Shown here: piece by piece, positions 48,933 through 58,473 of the stretch
Numbering within the stretch: position 1 is the first letter of the stretch
Layout of the letters: each line of letters begins with the position of its first letter
Assembly: GCA_963769425.1 (NCBI GenBank)
Contig: CAVYLP010000003.1
Coordinates: 227,705-291,704, forward strand
Length of the DNA: 64,000 bases
DNA from: Candidatus Bathyarchaeota archaeon
GTDB taxonomy: Archaea > Thermoproteota > Bathyarchaeia > TCS64
Direction of reading: 5' to 3'
Notes under the pieces: model-generated
Told to the model about the DNA's origin: nothing
What the model saw: only the letters and a program-made list of their open reading frames with translations
Database searches by the model: none
Program-made: the position numbers and the translations under genes

Positions 48933-49285
48933 CTCTGGTCCTCGGTTGGGTCTAGAATCTTGGTGTCGGGTGGGGTTTGAGTGTTTCGGCTAGATTTGGT
49001 AGTCACCGGACATCATAGGCACCGATAGGGTTGGTTGTTTGTTTCCATAAAAATGTTGTTCATGGGTGTGTGAGGGGGTTTTCCCCATGATCGCCATCAT
49101 CATCATACGTGTTCTTGTCCGGTTGAGTGGGTGACGCGGATGAGGGGGGCTTTTTTTCGCGTCGGTGTGAATTTTCGGGGAGTTTTCTTTGAGTTTTCGG
49201 TATTTGAAGGATGTTGATGGTTTGTATCATCATTCGTCGTATCTGAGCTTATTTATCGGGGTATGTTTACTGATTTTTCTATGGC

Positions 49286-49648
49286 TTAGACCTGTTTCTC
49301 GTAGTAGATGTCCTTGGGTAGCATCCACTCGAACCAGAGCTTGTAGCCCTCGGGTGTCTCCTCGGTACCGGAGGTCATCGCACCGAATAGTCCGGCGGCT
49401 GGGATGAGGCCCATGATCTCCTTGGGGGTGCCCTTTATGTCGCCAACCCAGACGGAGAGGCGGCTGCCCTTGAAGTCGACGAAGTTGATTGTGGCGATCG
49501 TGTCGAGTTGGGTGAGGAAGTCGGCGACCGCGAAGCCGTCGAAGGTGAACTGTATCCCCATGGCCTTGAACTCCTCTATCTTGGCCGCTAGTTTCTCGTG
49601 CATGGCTACTGGTGTGGCGGGCGGGAACTTATTGCTTGCCGTGGCCAA
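49286..49648 (-). CDS. Hypothetical protein
   Basis: 120-aa ORF coupled to the MFS gene, genome-like codon bias. Confidence 0.65.
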   Translation of the reverse strand: MATASNKFPPATPVAMHEKLAAKIEEFKAMGIQFTFDGFAVADFLTQLDTIATINFVDFKGSRLSVWVGDIKGTPKEIMGLIPAAGLFGAMTSGTEETPEGYKLWFEWMLPKDIYYEKQV

Positions 49649-50852
49649 GGCTCATGGCGAGCAGGGCGGCACACCCCGTGGCGGCCGCGGTGATGACGAA
49701 GACGGACGGCGGGCCGAAGGCACCCCATGAGAAGCCGAAGATGAGCGAGCCCATCATGAGACCGAAGTCCTCGAAGGTGCCGTAGAGGCCGAGGCTCATC
49801 CCCGAGAATTCCTTCGGGGTAGCGGAGCTGTGTATGGCTATGCTTAGGACGCCGAAGCTGAAGGTCGCCGAGACGCCGATGGTGAGGAGAGTGAGCTGTA
49901 TGGCGTCGGTGGCGAATGGGAACAGGGCGAAGAGGGCGCACCCGAGGGCGAGTACGCCGAATAGGAGCTTTCTCTTGTCGATCCTGTCGGATATCCTACC
50001 GAGTAGGGGCGTCGCCACGAGACGCGCAGTGGCTGCTATGGTCGCCATGCTGCCGACGGCGATGGTCGTCATCCCCACCCTCTCCGTTGCGTAGATGGGG
50101 AGGAAAGAGGCGACGACGCTGCAGCCGAGGAAACCGAGCAGGGTCAGTGTGCAGGTCTTCTGGAGGGTTGGTATCCGGAGTAGCTGTCCGAAGCCCGAGA
50201 ATAGAGGGCGACGTGCAATTAATGCAGGCGCCCTGTGATCCTTGTTTCTTAGATACGTCACGAGGAAGAAGAGTATGGCAGTCCACACTATGCCCATCGA
50301 GGTGTAGAAGGCGTACTCGTACCCGTAGCTGGCGGCGATGAATGTACCGACTATAGGGCCGGCTATGTTACCGAGGGTGGCGAAGAAGAACCAGAGGCTC
50401 ATGTTGAAGCCCGCCGACTTGCCTGAAGAGGTCTCTGCGATGACAGCGCGCGTCGTAAGCCCCACGATCACCTGTATGGCGCCGAAGATGAACTGTAAAA
50501 CAATGAAGAGGGGCAGGAAGGCCTTCATCGTGTAGAGTGGGTATATGAGGCTCGTCAGTACGAGGGCCATGAGGATGAAGTAACCCTTGTTCACCCTGTC
50601 GGAGACTACTCCCCAGACGAACTCCATGAAGAGGCCGGCCGACATAGCCATGGCGAGCAGGCCCCAGTTGGCCACGTCGAGTCCGAGGGCGCGTGCGTAG
50701 AGGGGCATCACGGGGCCATTCAGGGTGAGCGACCACGCCATGTTCCTGAGGAAGAGCACCGCGTAGACCGGCGACAGCTTCTTCAGAGTCTCGTCCAACC
50801 CAGTGGCACCGCTTACTCCCCACAGGGGGTGCACCGACAATTTATCCTTCAC
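49629..50852 (-). CDS. MFS transporter
   Basis: About 12 TM segments; G.VSDR and GRISDRIDKR motif-A repeats. Confidence 0.92.
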   Translation of the reverse strand: MKDKLSVHPLWGVSGATGLDETLKKLSPVYAVLFLRNMAWSLTLNGPVMPLYARALGLDVANWGLLAMAMSAGLFMEFVWGVVSDRVNKGYFILMALVLTSLIYPLYTMKAFLPLFIVLQFIFGAIQVIVGLTTRAVIAETSSGKSAGFNMSLWFFFATLGNIAGPIVGTFIAASYGYEYAFYTSMGIVWTAILFFLVTYLRNKDHRAPALIARRPLFSGFGQLLRIPTLQKTCTLTLLGFLGCSVVASFLPIYATERVGMTTIAVGSMATIAATARLVATPLLGRISDRIDKRKLLFGVLALGCALFALFPFATDAIQLTLLTIGVSATFSFGVLSIAIHSSATPKEFSGMSLGLYGTFEDFGLMMGSLIFGFSWGAFGPPSVFVITAAATGCAALLAMSLGHGKQ

Positions 50853-50886
50853 GCTCCCCGAGGTGATTTATACTCGTGCAGATGAA

Positions 50887-52503
50887 ATGCTCCGTGATTC
50901 TGAGATGTATGCCGATCTGGTACTCCGCGGCGGGAAGATCATAACAATCGATGCGAAGGAGTCGACGGCCGAGGCTGTCGCAGTAAAGTATGGTAGAATA
51001 ATCGCCGTAGGCAAGGACGGCGACGTGAAGCCGCTCGTCGGACCTAAAACTAAGGTAATTGAGCTAAAAGGGCGGTCCGTCATCCCCGGCCTCATGGACA
51101 GCCACAGCCACATGGCGGATGAGGGCGCGGGTAGGCTCCGCTTCGTCGACCTCAGCCAGGAGGCCGGCGTCAAGACGATAAAGGATATACAGGATAGGCT
51201 CGCCGAGCGCGCAAAGAAGACCCCGAAGGGCGCGTGGATATTCGGTTATCAGGAGGATGACTCCAAGCTCGACGAAAAGAGGCACCCAACGCGTTGGGAG
51301 CTGGACGTCGCCAGCAAGAACCATCCTATCAGCATCTCCACGGTCGGCGGCCACTTCTCGGTCCTCAACAGCAAGGCGTATGAGATGGCGGGCATCACCA
51401 AGGAGACGCCTGACCCAGTGGGCGGTAAGTTCGACAGGGACGCAAAGGGCGAGATCACAGGCGGAGCACATGAGAAGGCGATAGACATGCTCATCCCCGC
51501 CGAGGCTCAGCTGCCCACCGCTGAGCAGAGTTACGAGGGGGCCAAGTCGATACTCATGGACTGCGCCAGCGTCGGCCTGACCTGCGTTTATGACCTCGTC
51601 GACAAGAGCCAAATCAAGGCGCTCATCGATCTCAACACGAAGGGCGAGCTTCCCATTAGGATGAGGATGGATGCAATCATCGACCTCTTCCCCCAGCTGA
51701 ACGCCACAGGGGTCCACCAGATGTTCGGCGACGACATGCTCAGGCTATGCGGTGTCAAGTTCTTCTTCGACGGCGCCATCTCGGCGAGGACCGCGGCGGT
51801 GACGGAGCCCTACTGCGACAAGCCAGGGTTCTACGGCGTCATGTCGACGACGCGGGAGATAGCGGAGGATATGCTGGGGAAGGCGTACGCCGCCGGCTAC
51901 AGGGTGAGCTGCCACGCGAACGGGGACAAGGCGATAGCCATGTACCTTGACATCATGGAGAAGCTCCAGGCCAAGTACCCCCGCGAGGACCCGAGGAACA
52001 GGGACATCCACTGCACCGTCATCACGAAGGAGCTTGTGGTGAGGATCAAGAAGCTGGGAATCCTGCCAACCATCTTTGGTCCCTACCCATACTACCACGG
52101 GGACAAGCTCCTCGTGCCCTTTGGGGCTGAGAGGCTGGAACGCATGTTCGCCGCCCGAACCTTCCTCGACGAGGGTATAATCGTGGCGGCGCACAGCGAC
52201 CACCCCTGCGCTCCCTTCCCGCCGCTCATGGCGATACACGCCATGGTGAACAGGACAACGAAGGCGGGGAAGCCCATAGGCCAGAGCCAGCGCATCTCCG
52301 TCATGGAGGCACTGAGGCTCTACACGATCAACTCCGCCTACCACAGTTTCGACGAGGACCGCCTCGGCAGCATCGAAGAGGGCAAACTCGCCGACTTCGT
52401 CATACTCGGCAGAGATATCCTCACCGTCCCCAAGGAGAAGATCAAGGACATCCCTATCGACGCCACAATAGTCGACGGAAAAGTAGTTTACGAGAGAAAG
52501 TAG
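50887..52503 (+). CDS. Amidohydrolase 3 (YtcJ/NfdA-like)
   Basis: PGLMDSHSH, KFFFDG, HANGD, HC, SD.P, GSIEEGKLADF. Confidence 0.92.
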   Translation: MLRDSEMYADLVLRGGKIITIDAKESTAEAVAVKYGRIIAVGKDGDVKPLVGPKTKVIELKGRSVIPGLMDSHSHMADEGAGRLRFVDLSQEAGVKTIKDIQDRLAERAKKTPKGAWIFGYQEDDSKLDEKRHPTRWELDVASKNHPISISTVGGHFSVLNSKAYEMAGITKETPDPVGGKFDRDAKGEITGGAHEKAIDMLIPAEAQLPTAEQSYEGAKSILMDCASVGLTCVYDLVDKSQIKALIDLNTKGELPIRMRMDAIIDLFPQLNATGVHQMFGDDMLRLCGVKFFFDGAISARTAAVTEPYCDKPGFYGVMSTTREIAEDMLGKAYAAGYRVSCHANGDKAIAMYLDIMEKLQAKYPREDPRNRDIHCTVITKELVVRIKKLGILPTIFGPYPYYHGDKLLVPFGAERLERMFAARTFLDEGIIVAAHSDHPCAPFPPLMAIHAMVNRTTKAGKPIGQSQRISVMEALRLYTINSAYHSFDEDRLGSIEEGKLADFVILGRDILTVPKEKIKDIPIDATIVDGKVVYERK

Positions 52504-52529
52504 CCCCGCTTTTCAGGGATTTTTTATAA

Positions 52530-53321
52530 TCAGTACGGACTGACGGGTATCCCATATCTGCCGGTGCTTATGCCGCCGTCGACGCTAAGCACAGTGCCGG
52601 TTATGAAGTCGGCCTGGGGGCTGCAAAGCATCAGGATGGCGTTGGCGATGTCTTCGGGCACCCCTATCCTGTCCCAGGGCGTCATGTTCACCATCGACCT
52701 GTCGTATGCCGCCTTGCTCGGCGTCTGCTCCTCACCTACCTCGATGAGGCCCGGGGCGACGCAGTTGACGTTGACCTTATGTTTGCCGAGCTCAAGGGCG
52801 AGGCAGTTGGCGAACATGACCATGCCGCCGTTCGAGGCGCAGTAGGCGCCCGCCGCCTCGCGCGCCACCTTCCAACTCCCCGAGGCGACGAAGACCATCT
52901 TCCCGCCGCGTCCCTGCTTTATCATCTGGCGCGCCGCTAGCTGGGAGCAGATGTAGGCGCCACGCAGCTTCGTGTTCATGTTCCTGTCCCAGATGTCGTC
53001 GGTCATGTCGACGATCTTCATCACGGGGCGGTCGGCGGCGTTGTTTACGAGGATATCTATGCCACCCCATTTTTCGATGAGGGCCTTGAACATCCCCTCG
53101 ATCTCGGCCCTGCTCTTCAGGTCCGCCCTGTGGGCGACGACGTTGCCCTTGTACTTGGCGAGGCTCTTCAGGGCGGCATCGAGCCGCTCCTTGTTAGAGC
53201 CATTGATCATCACCTTCGCCCCCGCGTCGAGGAGCATCTTCGCCGTCGCGTAGCCTATCCCCCTGCTCGAACCCGTAACGAGGGCCACCTTGCCCTTGTA
53301 GTCAAACGTGATCATAACCAT
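52530..53321 (-). CDS. SDR-family oxidoreductase
   Basis: TGSSRGIG, VNNA, YCASN (catalytic Lys replaced by Asn), PG, VDGG. Confidence 0.9.
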   Translation of the reverse strand: MVMITFDYKGKVALVTGSSRGIGYATAKMLLDAGAKVMINGSNKERLDAALKSLAKYKGNVVAHRADLKSRAEIEGMFKALIEKWGGIDILVNNAADRPVMKIVDMTDDIWDRNMNTKLRGAYICSQLAARQMIKQGRGGKMVFVASGSWKVAREAAGAYCASNGGMVMFANCLALELGKHKVNVNCVAPGLIEVGEEQTPSKAAYDRSMVNMTPWDRIGVPEDIANAILMLCSPQADFITGTVLSVDGGISTGRYGIPVSPY

Positions 53322-53383
53322 CAGTCACCAATCGACCGACTTTTCTAATAATACGTTTGGTCGAGAGGGGAAGGTTGGGTGGG

Positions 53384-54892
53384 CTACTTGTTCCCGGGGA
53401 AGACGAGGCTGAGTGGCCCCTGCTTACCCGGTTTGGGCCAGCGGACGGTGACCTCCTTCTGCTTCGTGAAGAAGCGTATGGAGTCCTCGCCGCGTATCTG
53501 GACATCCGCGAAGGCGGAATTACGGGTGCCGCCGAAGCTGAGGTAGCCCGCAGGCACCGGAATTGGAACATTTATGCCTATCATGGGTACGTCGACCTCC
53601 AGCTCGAAGCGCCTCGCGGCTCCGCCGTCAGTCGTGAAGATGGCTGTGCCGTTGCCGTACTGGTGCCCGTTGATGAGCGCGAGCGCCTCGTCGAACGTCT
53701 TGACCCTGACCATGCCAAGGACTGGGCCGAATATCTCCTCTGTGTATATGCTCATCTTCGGCGTGACGTTGTCGAAGAGCGTGACGCCGAGGAAGAAGCC
53801 CTTGGGGCTCGTCGGGTGCTTGAACTTGCGCCCGTCTGCCACAAGCTTCGCGCCTTCCTCAACGCCCTTGTCGATCCATTTAATAATCGCCTCCCTGTGC
53901 TCGGCTGAGTAGATGGGGCCCATGTCTATGCTCGGCTCGATCCCTGGGCCGATTTTGAGTTTCGCAATCCTCTCCTTCATGAGGGGCAAGAGCCTGTCGC
54001 CAGAGTCGCCGACAGCGATGACAAGCGACTGCGCCATGCAGCGCTCGCCTGCGGAGCCGTAGCCCGCCGCGATGGCGGAGTCAGCGGCCAGCTCCATGTC
54101 GGCGTCGGGGAGCACCACCATGGCGTTCTTCGCTCCCATGTAGCAGCCGACGCGCTTCCCCGCCTTCGTCCCCTTCTCGTGGACCATCTTGCCAACAGCC
54201 GTTGAACCGACGAACTGCACTGCCTGTATCCCGGGGCTGTCCAGTATGGCGTTCACCGCCTCCCGGCCGCCGTATACAATGTTGAAGACGCCGTCGGGGA
54301 GCCCCGCCTGCTTCCAGAGCTCGGCTTGGAGCTGCGTCGCACCAGGCGTGTGGCTGCTGGGCTTCCAGATGAACGTGTTTCCCGTCATGAGGGCGATGGG
54401 GTATATCCACATCGGGACCATCGCGGGGAAATTGAAGGGAGTGATGCCCGCTGTGACGCCGAGCGGCTGCCGCAGCGTGCGGACGTCAATAGACGTTGAG
54501 ACGTTGGGGGTGTTCATCCCCGCCATGTGCACGGGTAATCCACAGGCGTACTCAACCGTCTCGAGCCCGCGTACGACCTCCCCCAGCGCGTCGGGGTACG
54601 TCTTCCCGTGGTCTCGGGTGATAAGCTTCGCCATTTCTTCGCGATTCTTCCAGCAGAGCTCGCGGAAGGCGAAGAATATTGCGCTCCTCGCGATGAGCGG
54701 CGTGTCACGCCAAGCGGGGTAGGCTTTACTCGCCGCTGCTACGGCTGCCTCGATTTCCGGGGCACCCCCACGTGGCACGCGGGCGATCTCCTCACCCGTC
54801 GCCGGGTTGTAGACGGGCCCCGTCTTCTCGAGCGGGACCTCAACGGCACGCCCGTTTATCCAGTGACTTATGATCGGAATGGCCCTGGACAA
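53384..54892 (-). CDS. mmsA: CoA-acylating (methyl)malonate-semialdehyde dehydrogenase
   Basis: ITPFNFPAMVP.W, FVGST, MGAKN, GSAGERCMA, YGNGTAIFT.DG, GINVPIPVP. Confidence 0.92.
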   Translation of the reverse strand: MSRAIPIISHWINGRAVEVPLEKTGPVYNPATGEEIARVPRGGAPEIEAAVAAASKAYPAWRDTPLIARSAIFFAFRELCWKNREEMAKLITRDHGKTYPDALGEVVRGLETVEYACGLPVHMAGMNTPNVSTSIDVRTLRQPLGVTAGITPFNFPAMVPMWIYPIALMTGNTFIWKPSSHTPGATQLQAELWKQAGLPDGVFNIVYGGREAVNAILDSPGIQAVQFVGSTAVGKMVHEKGTKAGKRVGCYMGAKNAMVVLPDADMELAADSAIAAGYGSAGERCMAQSLVIAVGDSGDRLLPLMKERIAKLKIGPGIEPSIDMGPIYSAEHREAIIKWIDKGVEEGAKLVADGRKFKHPTSPKGFFLGVTLFDNVTPKMSIYTEEIFGPVLGMVRVKTFDEALALINGHQYGNGTAIFTTDGGAARRFELEVDVPMIGINVPIPVPAGYLSFGGTRNSAFADVQIRGEDSIRFFTKQKEVTVRWPKPGKQGPLSLVFPGNK

Positions 54893-54914
54893 TTAGGCCG
54901 CCCCCTTTTCTATC

Positions 54915-56192
54915 TTACCCAAGCTCCTCGCCCATGACCTCGACGGCGTGGTCGAGCTCCTTCGTCGTGATGACGAGCGGCGGCTGGAACCTCATCACGT
55001 TCGCCTTGACTCCTCCGGTGCCGACGAGGACGCCCTTCTTGCGCATCCCCTCCTTGAGTTTGTTCGTCTCCTCGGCTGCTGGGGCCTTCGTCTTCCTGTC
55101 CTTGACGAGCTCGACGCCAACCATGAGCCCCTTGCCCCTGACGTCGCCGATGAGCGAGTGCTTCTCCATCAGCTCCCTGAACCTCTTCGTGAGGTACTCG
55201 CCCTTCTTGGCGCTGCCCTCGACGAGTTTCTCCTCCTTGAATATCTCGAGGTTCGCTATCGCAGCGGCACAGCAGACAGGGTTCCCGCCGAATGTGGAGA
55301 GGTGGTCACCGGGCTGAAGGGAATCACCCACATCACTCCTCGCGATGCAGGCGCTCAGCGGGAAACCCGCTGCTATGCCCTTCCCCATAGTCAGAATATC
55401 GGGCTTCACATCATAGTGCTCGATGCCGAACATCTTCCCCGTGCGCCCGTAGCCGCTCTGAACCTCGTCGACGATGAGCAGGCTCCCGTGTGTGTCGAGT
55501 ATCTTCTTCAGAATCGGGAAATACTCCTTCGGCGGTACGATGATACCGCCCTCACCCATTATGGGCTCCGCGATCAGCGCCGCCACGTTGTCGCTGCTGT
55601 GGTAGTTGATTATGTCCTCGAGCCTCCGTGCGCAGAGCACGCCACAGCTCGGGTACTCCTTCTCGAATGGGCACCGGTAGCAGTAGGCCGCCGTGTTGAA
55701 GCTCACCCCGCTGAGGTACGGGCCCATGTCGTAGCGCCTCCGCTTCGACTGACCCGTGATGCTCAGCGTCCCAACTGTACGCCCGTGGAAGCTGCACTCC
55801 AGCGCGACCATCTCCTGCTTCTTCGTGAACTTCTTCGCCAGCTTCACCGCCGTCTCGTTCGCCTCAGCGCCACTGTTGCCGAAGAAGGTCTTCACCAGCC
55901 CCTTCGGGCTGATCTCCGCAAGCCTCTCCGCCAGCTCCGTCACCACGGGGCTGTGGTAGACGTACGGGCCATAGTGGATCAGCTTCCCCGCTTGGTCCTG
56001 CACCGCCTTCACAACCTTCGGCGGGCAGTGGCCGGCGTTGACGACGCTTATTCCCGCGAAGCAGTCGAGGTACTCCTTACCCTCCATGTCCACGAGGGTG
56101 GCGCCGTGCCCCCCCACAACAGCAATAGGCTCAAGCTTCGTGAAGCTGAGAATTCTGTACTTCTCGTCCTTTGAGAATACGTCGCTCGACAT
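54915..56192 (-). CDS. Class-III PLP aminotransferase (beta-alanine/omega-amino-acid type)
   Basis: NSGAEANE, SFHGRT, EPIMGEGG, DEVQSGYGRTG, STFGGNP. Confidence 0.9.
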   Translation of the reverse strand: MSSDVFSKDEKYRILSFTKLEPIAVVGGHGATLVDMEGKEYLDCFAGISVVNAGHCPPKVVKAVQDQAGKLIHYGPYVYHSPVVTELAERLAEISPKGLVKTFFGNSGAEANETAVKLAKKFTKKQEMVALECSFHGRTVGTLSITGQSKRRRYDMGPYLSGVSFNTAAYCYRCPFEKEYPSCGVLCARRLEDIINYHSSDNVAALIAEPIMGEGGIIVPPKEYFPILKKILDTHGSLLIVDEVQSGYGRTGKMFGIEHYDVKPDILTMGKGIAAGFPLSACIARSDVGDSLQPGDHLSTFGGNPVCCAAAIANLEIFKEEKLVEGSAKKGEYLTKRFRELMEKHSLIGDVRGKGLMVGVELVKDRKTKAPAAEETNKLKEGMRKKGVLVGTGGVKANVMRFQPPLVITTKELDHAVEVMGEELG

Positions 56193-56294
56193 GACGAATC
56201 AAGAATAGTATAGCACTGGCGATAAAAAGGCTGAGACTGGCTACTGCCCGGTGAGGCGGCGGATAATGATGACTAGTCAAGATACGGCCCGCAT

Positions 56295-56570
56295 TTAGAC
56301 CCCTTGCTCGATTAACTGCCTAAGCGCGGCAACCTCGCCCTTCAACTCGCTAAGTTCCGCGTCCCTCAATAATGGGGTAGCTACGCCGACAGCCGACACG
56401 ATAACACGGCCCAAACCCATTTTCTCAGTATTCGCGCTATTCTTCAGATACAACTTTGTGAATGCTATATGGCAAACCTCATCAAGATAAAGCAATAATG
56501 ACGCCCTATCAAGACTCGGCTTATCACGCAACTTCTCAAGGAATACCTTGGGCTTTTCAACCGCAACCAA
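56295..56570 (-). CDS. Hypothetical helical protein with C-terminal coiled coil
   Basis: LLRDAELSELKGEVAALRQ; start uncertain. Confidence 0.55.
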   Translation of the reverse strand: MVAVEKPKVFLEKLRDKPSLDRASLLLYLDEVCHIAFTKLYLKNSANTEKMGLGRVIVSAVGVATPLLRDAELSELKGEVAALRQLIEQGV

Positions 56571-56669
56571 CTCAGTAAAATTTACAGGCGGAAATACCTT
56601 ACATATTTAGATGTGTCGATGCATGGCGGCCAGGCGTTGCCTCCCCGCGTTAGGATGTAAGTGATAGAA

Positions 56670-57035
56670 CTATGGGATATGCAATGTTTGAATCCTATTA
56701 TGTTTCTTTATCTCATCCTGTGTTTTGTTTTCTTTATCTGCTTTTTTTTGGCAATCATCTTCGTAGAGATATGCTCCTAAAATATTCACTGATTTGTATT
56801 TCACCCCATTCTTGTTAAGCTCATCTTGTTTCTTATTTCTGAATTCTCTTATTGCTCTATCAGTGTATTTCGCGTCTTCCGGTTTAGTGCGGAATAGAAC
56901 CAATTTTATTTCAATATACTCGCATTCTGTGATAGATTCCTCAATTGGTTTATCTTGGTAAATGATTTTATAGGGTATCCAATATTTGAATAGTTCACCC
57001 TCTAAAATGTTATCCGATGTTCTCTTTCCACTCAT
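56670..57035 (-). CDS. Hypothetical protein
   Basis: 121-aa ORF open in AT-rich DNA. Confidence 0.6.
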   Translation of the reverse strand: MSGKRTSDNILEGELFKYWIPYKIIYQDKPIEESITECEYIEIKLVLFRTKPEDAKYTDRAIREFRNKKQDELNKNGVKYKSVNILGAYLYEDDCQKKADKENKTQDEIKKHNRIQTLHIP

Positions 57036-57124
57036 CTCAGGTCGATTAAGGTTTATCAGTCAATGGAGATTAAATTTTCTGTTAGGCGTGTTTAATCTCA
57101 AATTTTCCATCCGTGGGCGTAAAT

Positions 57125-57349
57125 TCAAGAAAAGGGATTCCAACTTTTCTTCTCTTTACATCTATGATTTTCAGGTATATGGTGCGAAGAACACAACACT
57201 TTACCGCATTTATGACACTTGTAGGCATTCTCAGATTTAGTTTGCATAAACCGTTTACCACAAAAACTACATCTAAGATAATGGTCACCCTTGATGGTAT
57301 TCGACGTATTTGATTTACTAGTTTTTTTAAACCAATTTAGCGGATTCAT
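57125..57349 (-). CDS. AN1-type zinc finger protein
   Basis: CSFC...CHKC-x4-C-x2-H-x5-H-x-C. Confidence 0.8.
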   Translation of the reverse strand: MNPLNWFKKTSKSNTSNTIKGDHYLRCSFCGKRFMQTKSENAYKCHKCGKVLCSSHHIPENHRCKEKKSWNPFS

Positions 57350-57364
57350 ATCCCCGCCACAAAA

Positions 57365-57922
57365 CGAGAACTGTCAATTTAATATTTGAAACCTTGGCGA
57401 GCGAGCGCACCCGATCCTCATCATGATAGTCTATTAATAAATTTTTAATATAAATGGAGTTCTAAATAAAAAAAGAGGATAGTATTGAATCTTAATTCTA
57501 TTATTTTTCCGACTGTTATCGTAGTTATATGTGTTGCCCTCCACGAATTAGGTCATTTTACAATGGCTAAATACTTTAAAAGATCAGCATGGTTTAGAGT
57601 AGGAAAAGTAAAAGGTATCCCTGCCATCATCACGTCTCATAAAAGAGAATTTGAGATTCATACTTATGTAGATTTGAAAAGGGCATTTAAAGAAGAGATT
57701 AAAATAACTCAAGCAGGTCTTCTAAGTGTAGTTTTACCACTATTCTTAATTTGTCTTTATCCCGCATTCTGGCAATTCTTTTTTATTGTCATCTTACTTT
57801 TTATGATTTATACTATTTGGGAAATAGAATTTATAATTAATATCGAAGTCGAAAAAATTGAGAAATATAGTCTTTTCTGAATATTTGCATTAAGGCGAGA
57901 ACTGTAAATTTAATATTTGAAA
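57365..57922 (+). repeat. 27-bp direct repeat pair (57365-57391 and 57896-57922)
   Basis: CGAGAACTGT[C/A]AATTTAATATTTGAAA, 26/27 identical. Confidence 0.85.
57485..57880 (+). CDS. Membrane HExxH protein (M50/site-2 protease-like, short)
   Basis: ICVALHELGH in a TM segment, later I..AG motif and two more TMs. Confidence 0.7.
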   Translation: MNLNSIIFPTVIVVICVALHELGHFTMAKYFKRSAWFRVGKVKGIPAIITSHKREFEIHTYVDLKRAFKEEIKITQAGLLSVVLPLFLICLYPAFWQFFFIVILLFMIYTIWEIEFIINIEVEKIEKYSLF

Positions 57923-57936
57923 TTTAGTACATATTG

Positions 57937-58473
57937 TTAAGCGAATAGTAAGGAAGGGTAGAAATAATAACTCCAATAGTTTATGCCAATTAAAATAATG
58001 CTTAATATAATTAACATATAGAATGGTTTATGATCATTAAATATTCTAGCCATATAGTTTCTCCATCGCATTTTGAGTTCTGGTTTATTCTTATATTTCC
58101 CAGTTCTTTGAGAAAACTCAGAGGCCGCTCTTTTTAAAAGATATAGTTGACTAAAATCGTAATTATCTGAATATTTTCCTTTTTTGCTCTCCTCTTTATT
58201 CGCTTCTATAAATCCTTCCCCAGTATATGTTTTAACATACATAACTGCCTCAATAAGGATTGAATAGTATCCTGCTCTGAGTAAAAAATAAGTCATACTT
58301 AAAAGAGACATCAATATAAACACAAAGAAGTTAAAATGAAAAGTGCTTATTATATCCCGCGCACCTAAAAGGGCTATTACTGTAGCTACCAAATAGCCAA
58401 TATGAGCATGACTTTTTTGAGTAAACAAATTAATTAAAGTTGATCGAGTATTTTCTAATTCGTCCGCTACCAT
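57937..58473 (-). CDS. Hypothetical membrane protein
   Basis: 178 aa, three hydrophobic segments, AT-rich. Confidence 0.65.
   Translation of the reverse strand: MVADELENTRSTLINLFTQKSHAHIGYLVATVIALLGARDIISTFHFNFFVFILMSLLSMTYFLLRAGYYSILIEAVMYVKTYTGEGFIEANKEESKKGKYSDNYDFSQLYLLKRAASEFSQRTGKYKNKPELKMRWRNYMARIFNDHKPFYMLIILSIILIGINYWSYYFYPSLLFA

Noticed and set aside
54948-56174. Long antisense ORFs (408 aa here; also 33088-33948 and others)
   Set aside because: Shadow frames of GC3-rich genes on the opposite strand.
56230-56295. Possible second C/D sRNA (ATGATGA near 56266)
   Set aside because: No properly placed D, D' or C' boxes or terminal stem.
57081-57942. Integron attC cores (GTTAGGC at 57081, GTTAAGC at 57936 overlapping stop codons)
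   Set aside because: No partner RYYYAAC or attC hairpin at suitable distance and no integrase.
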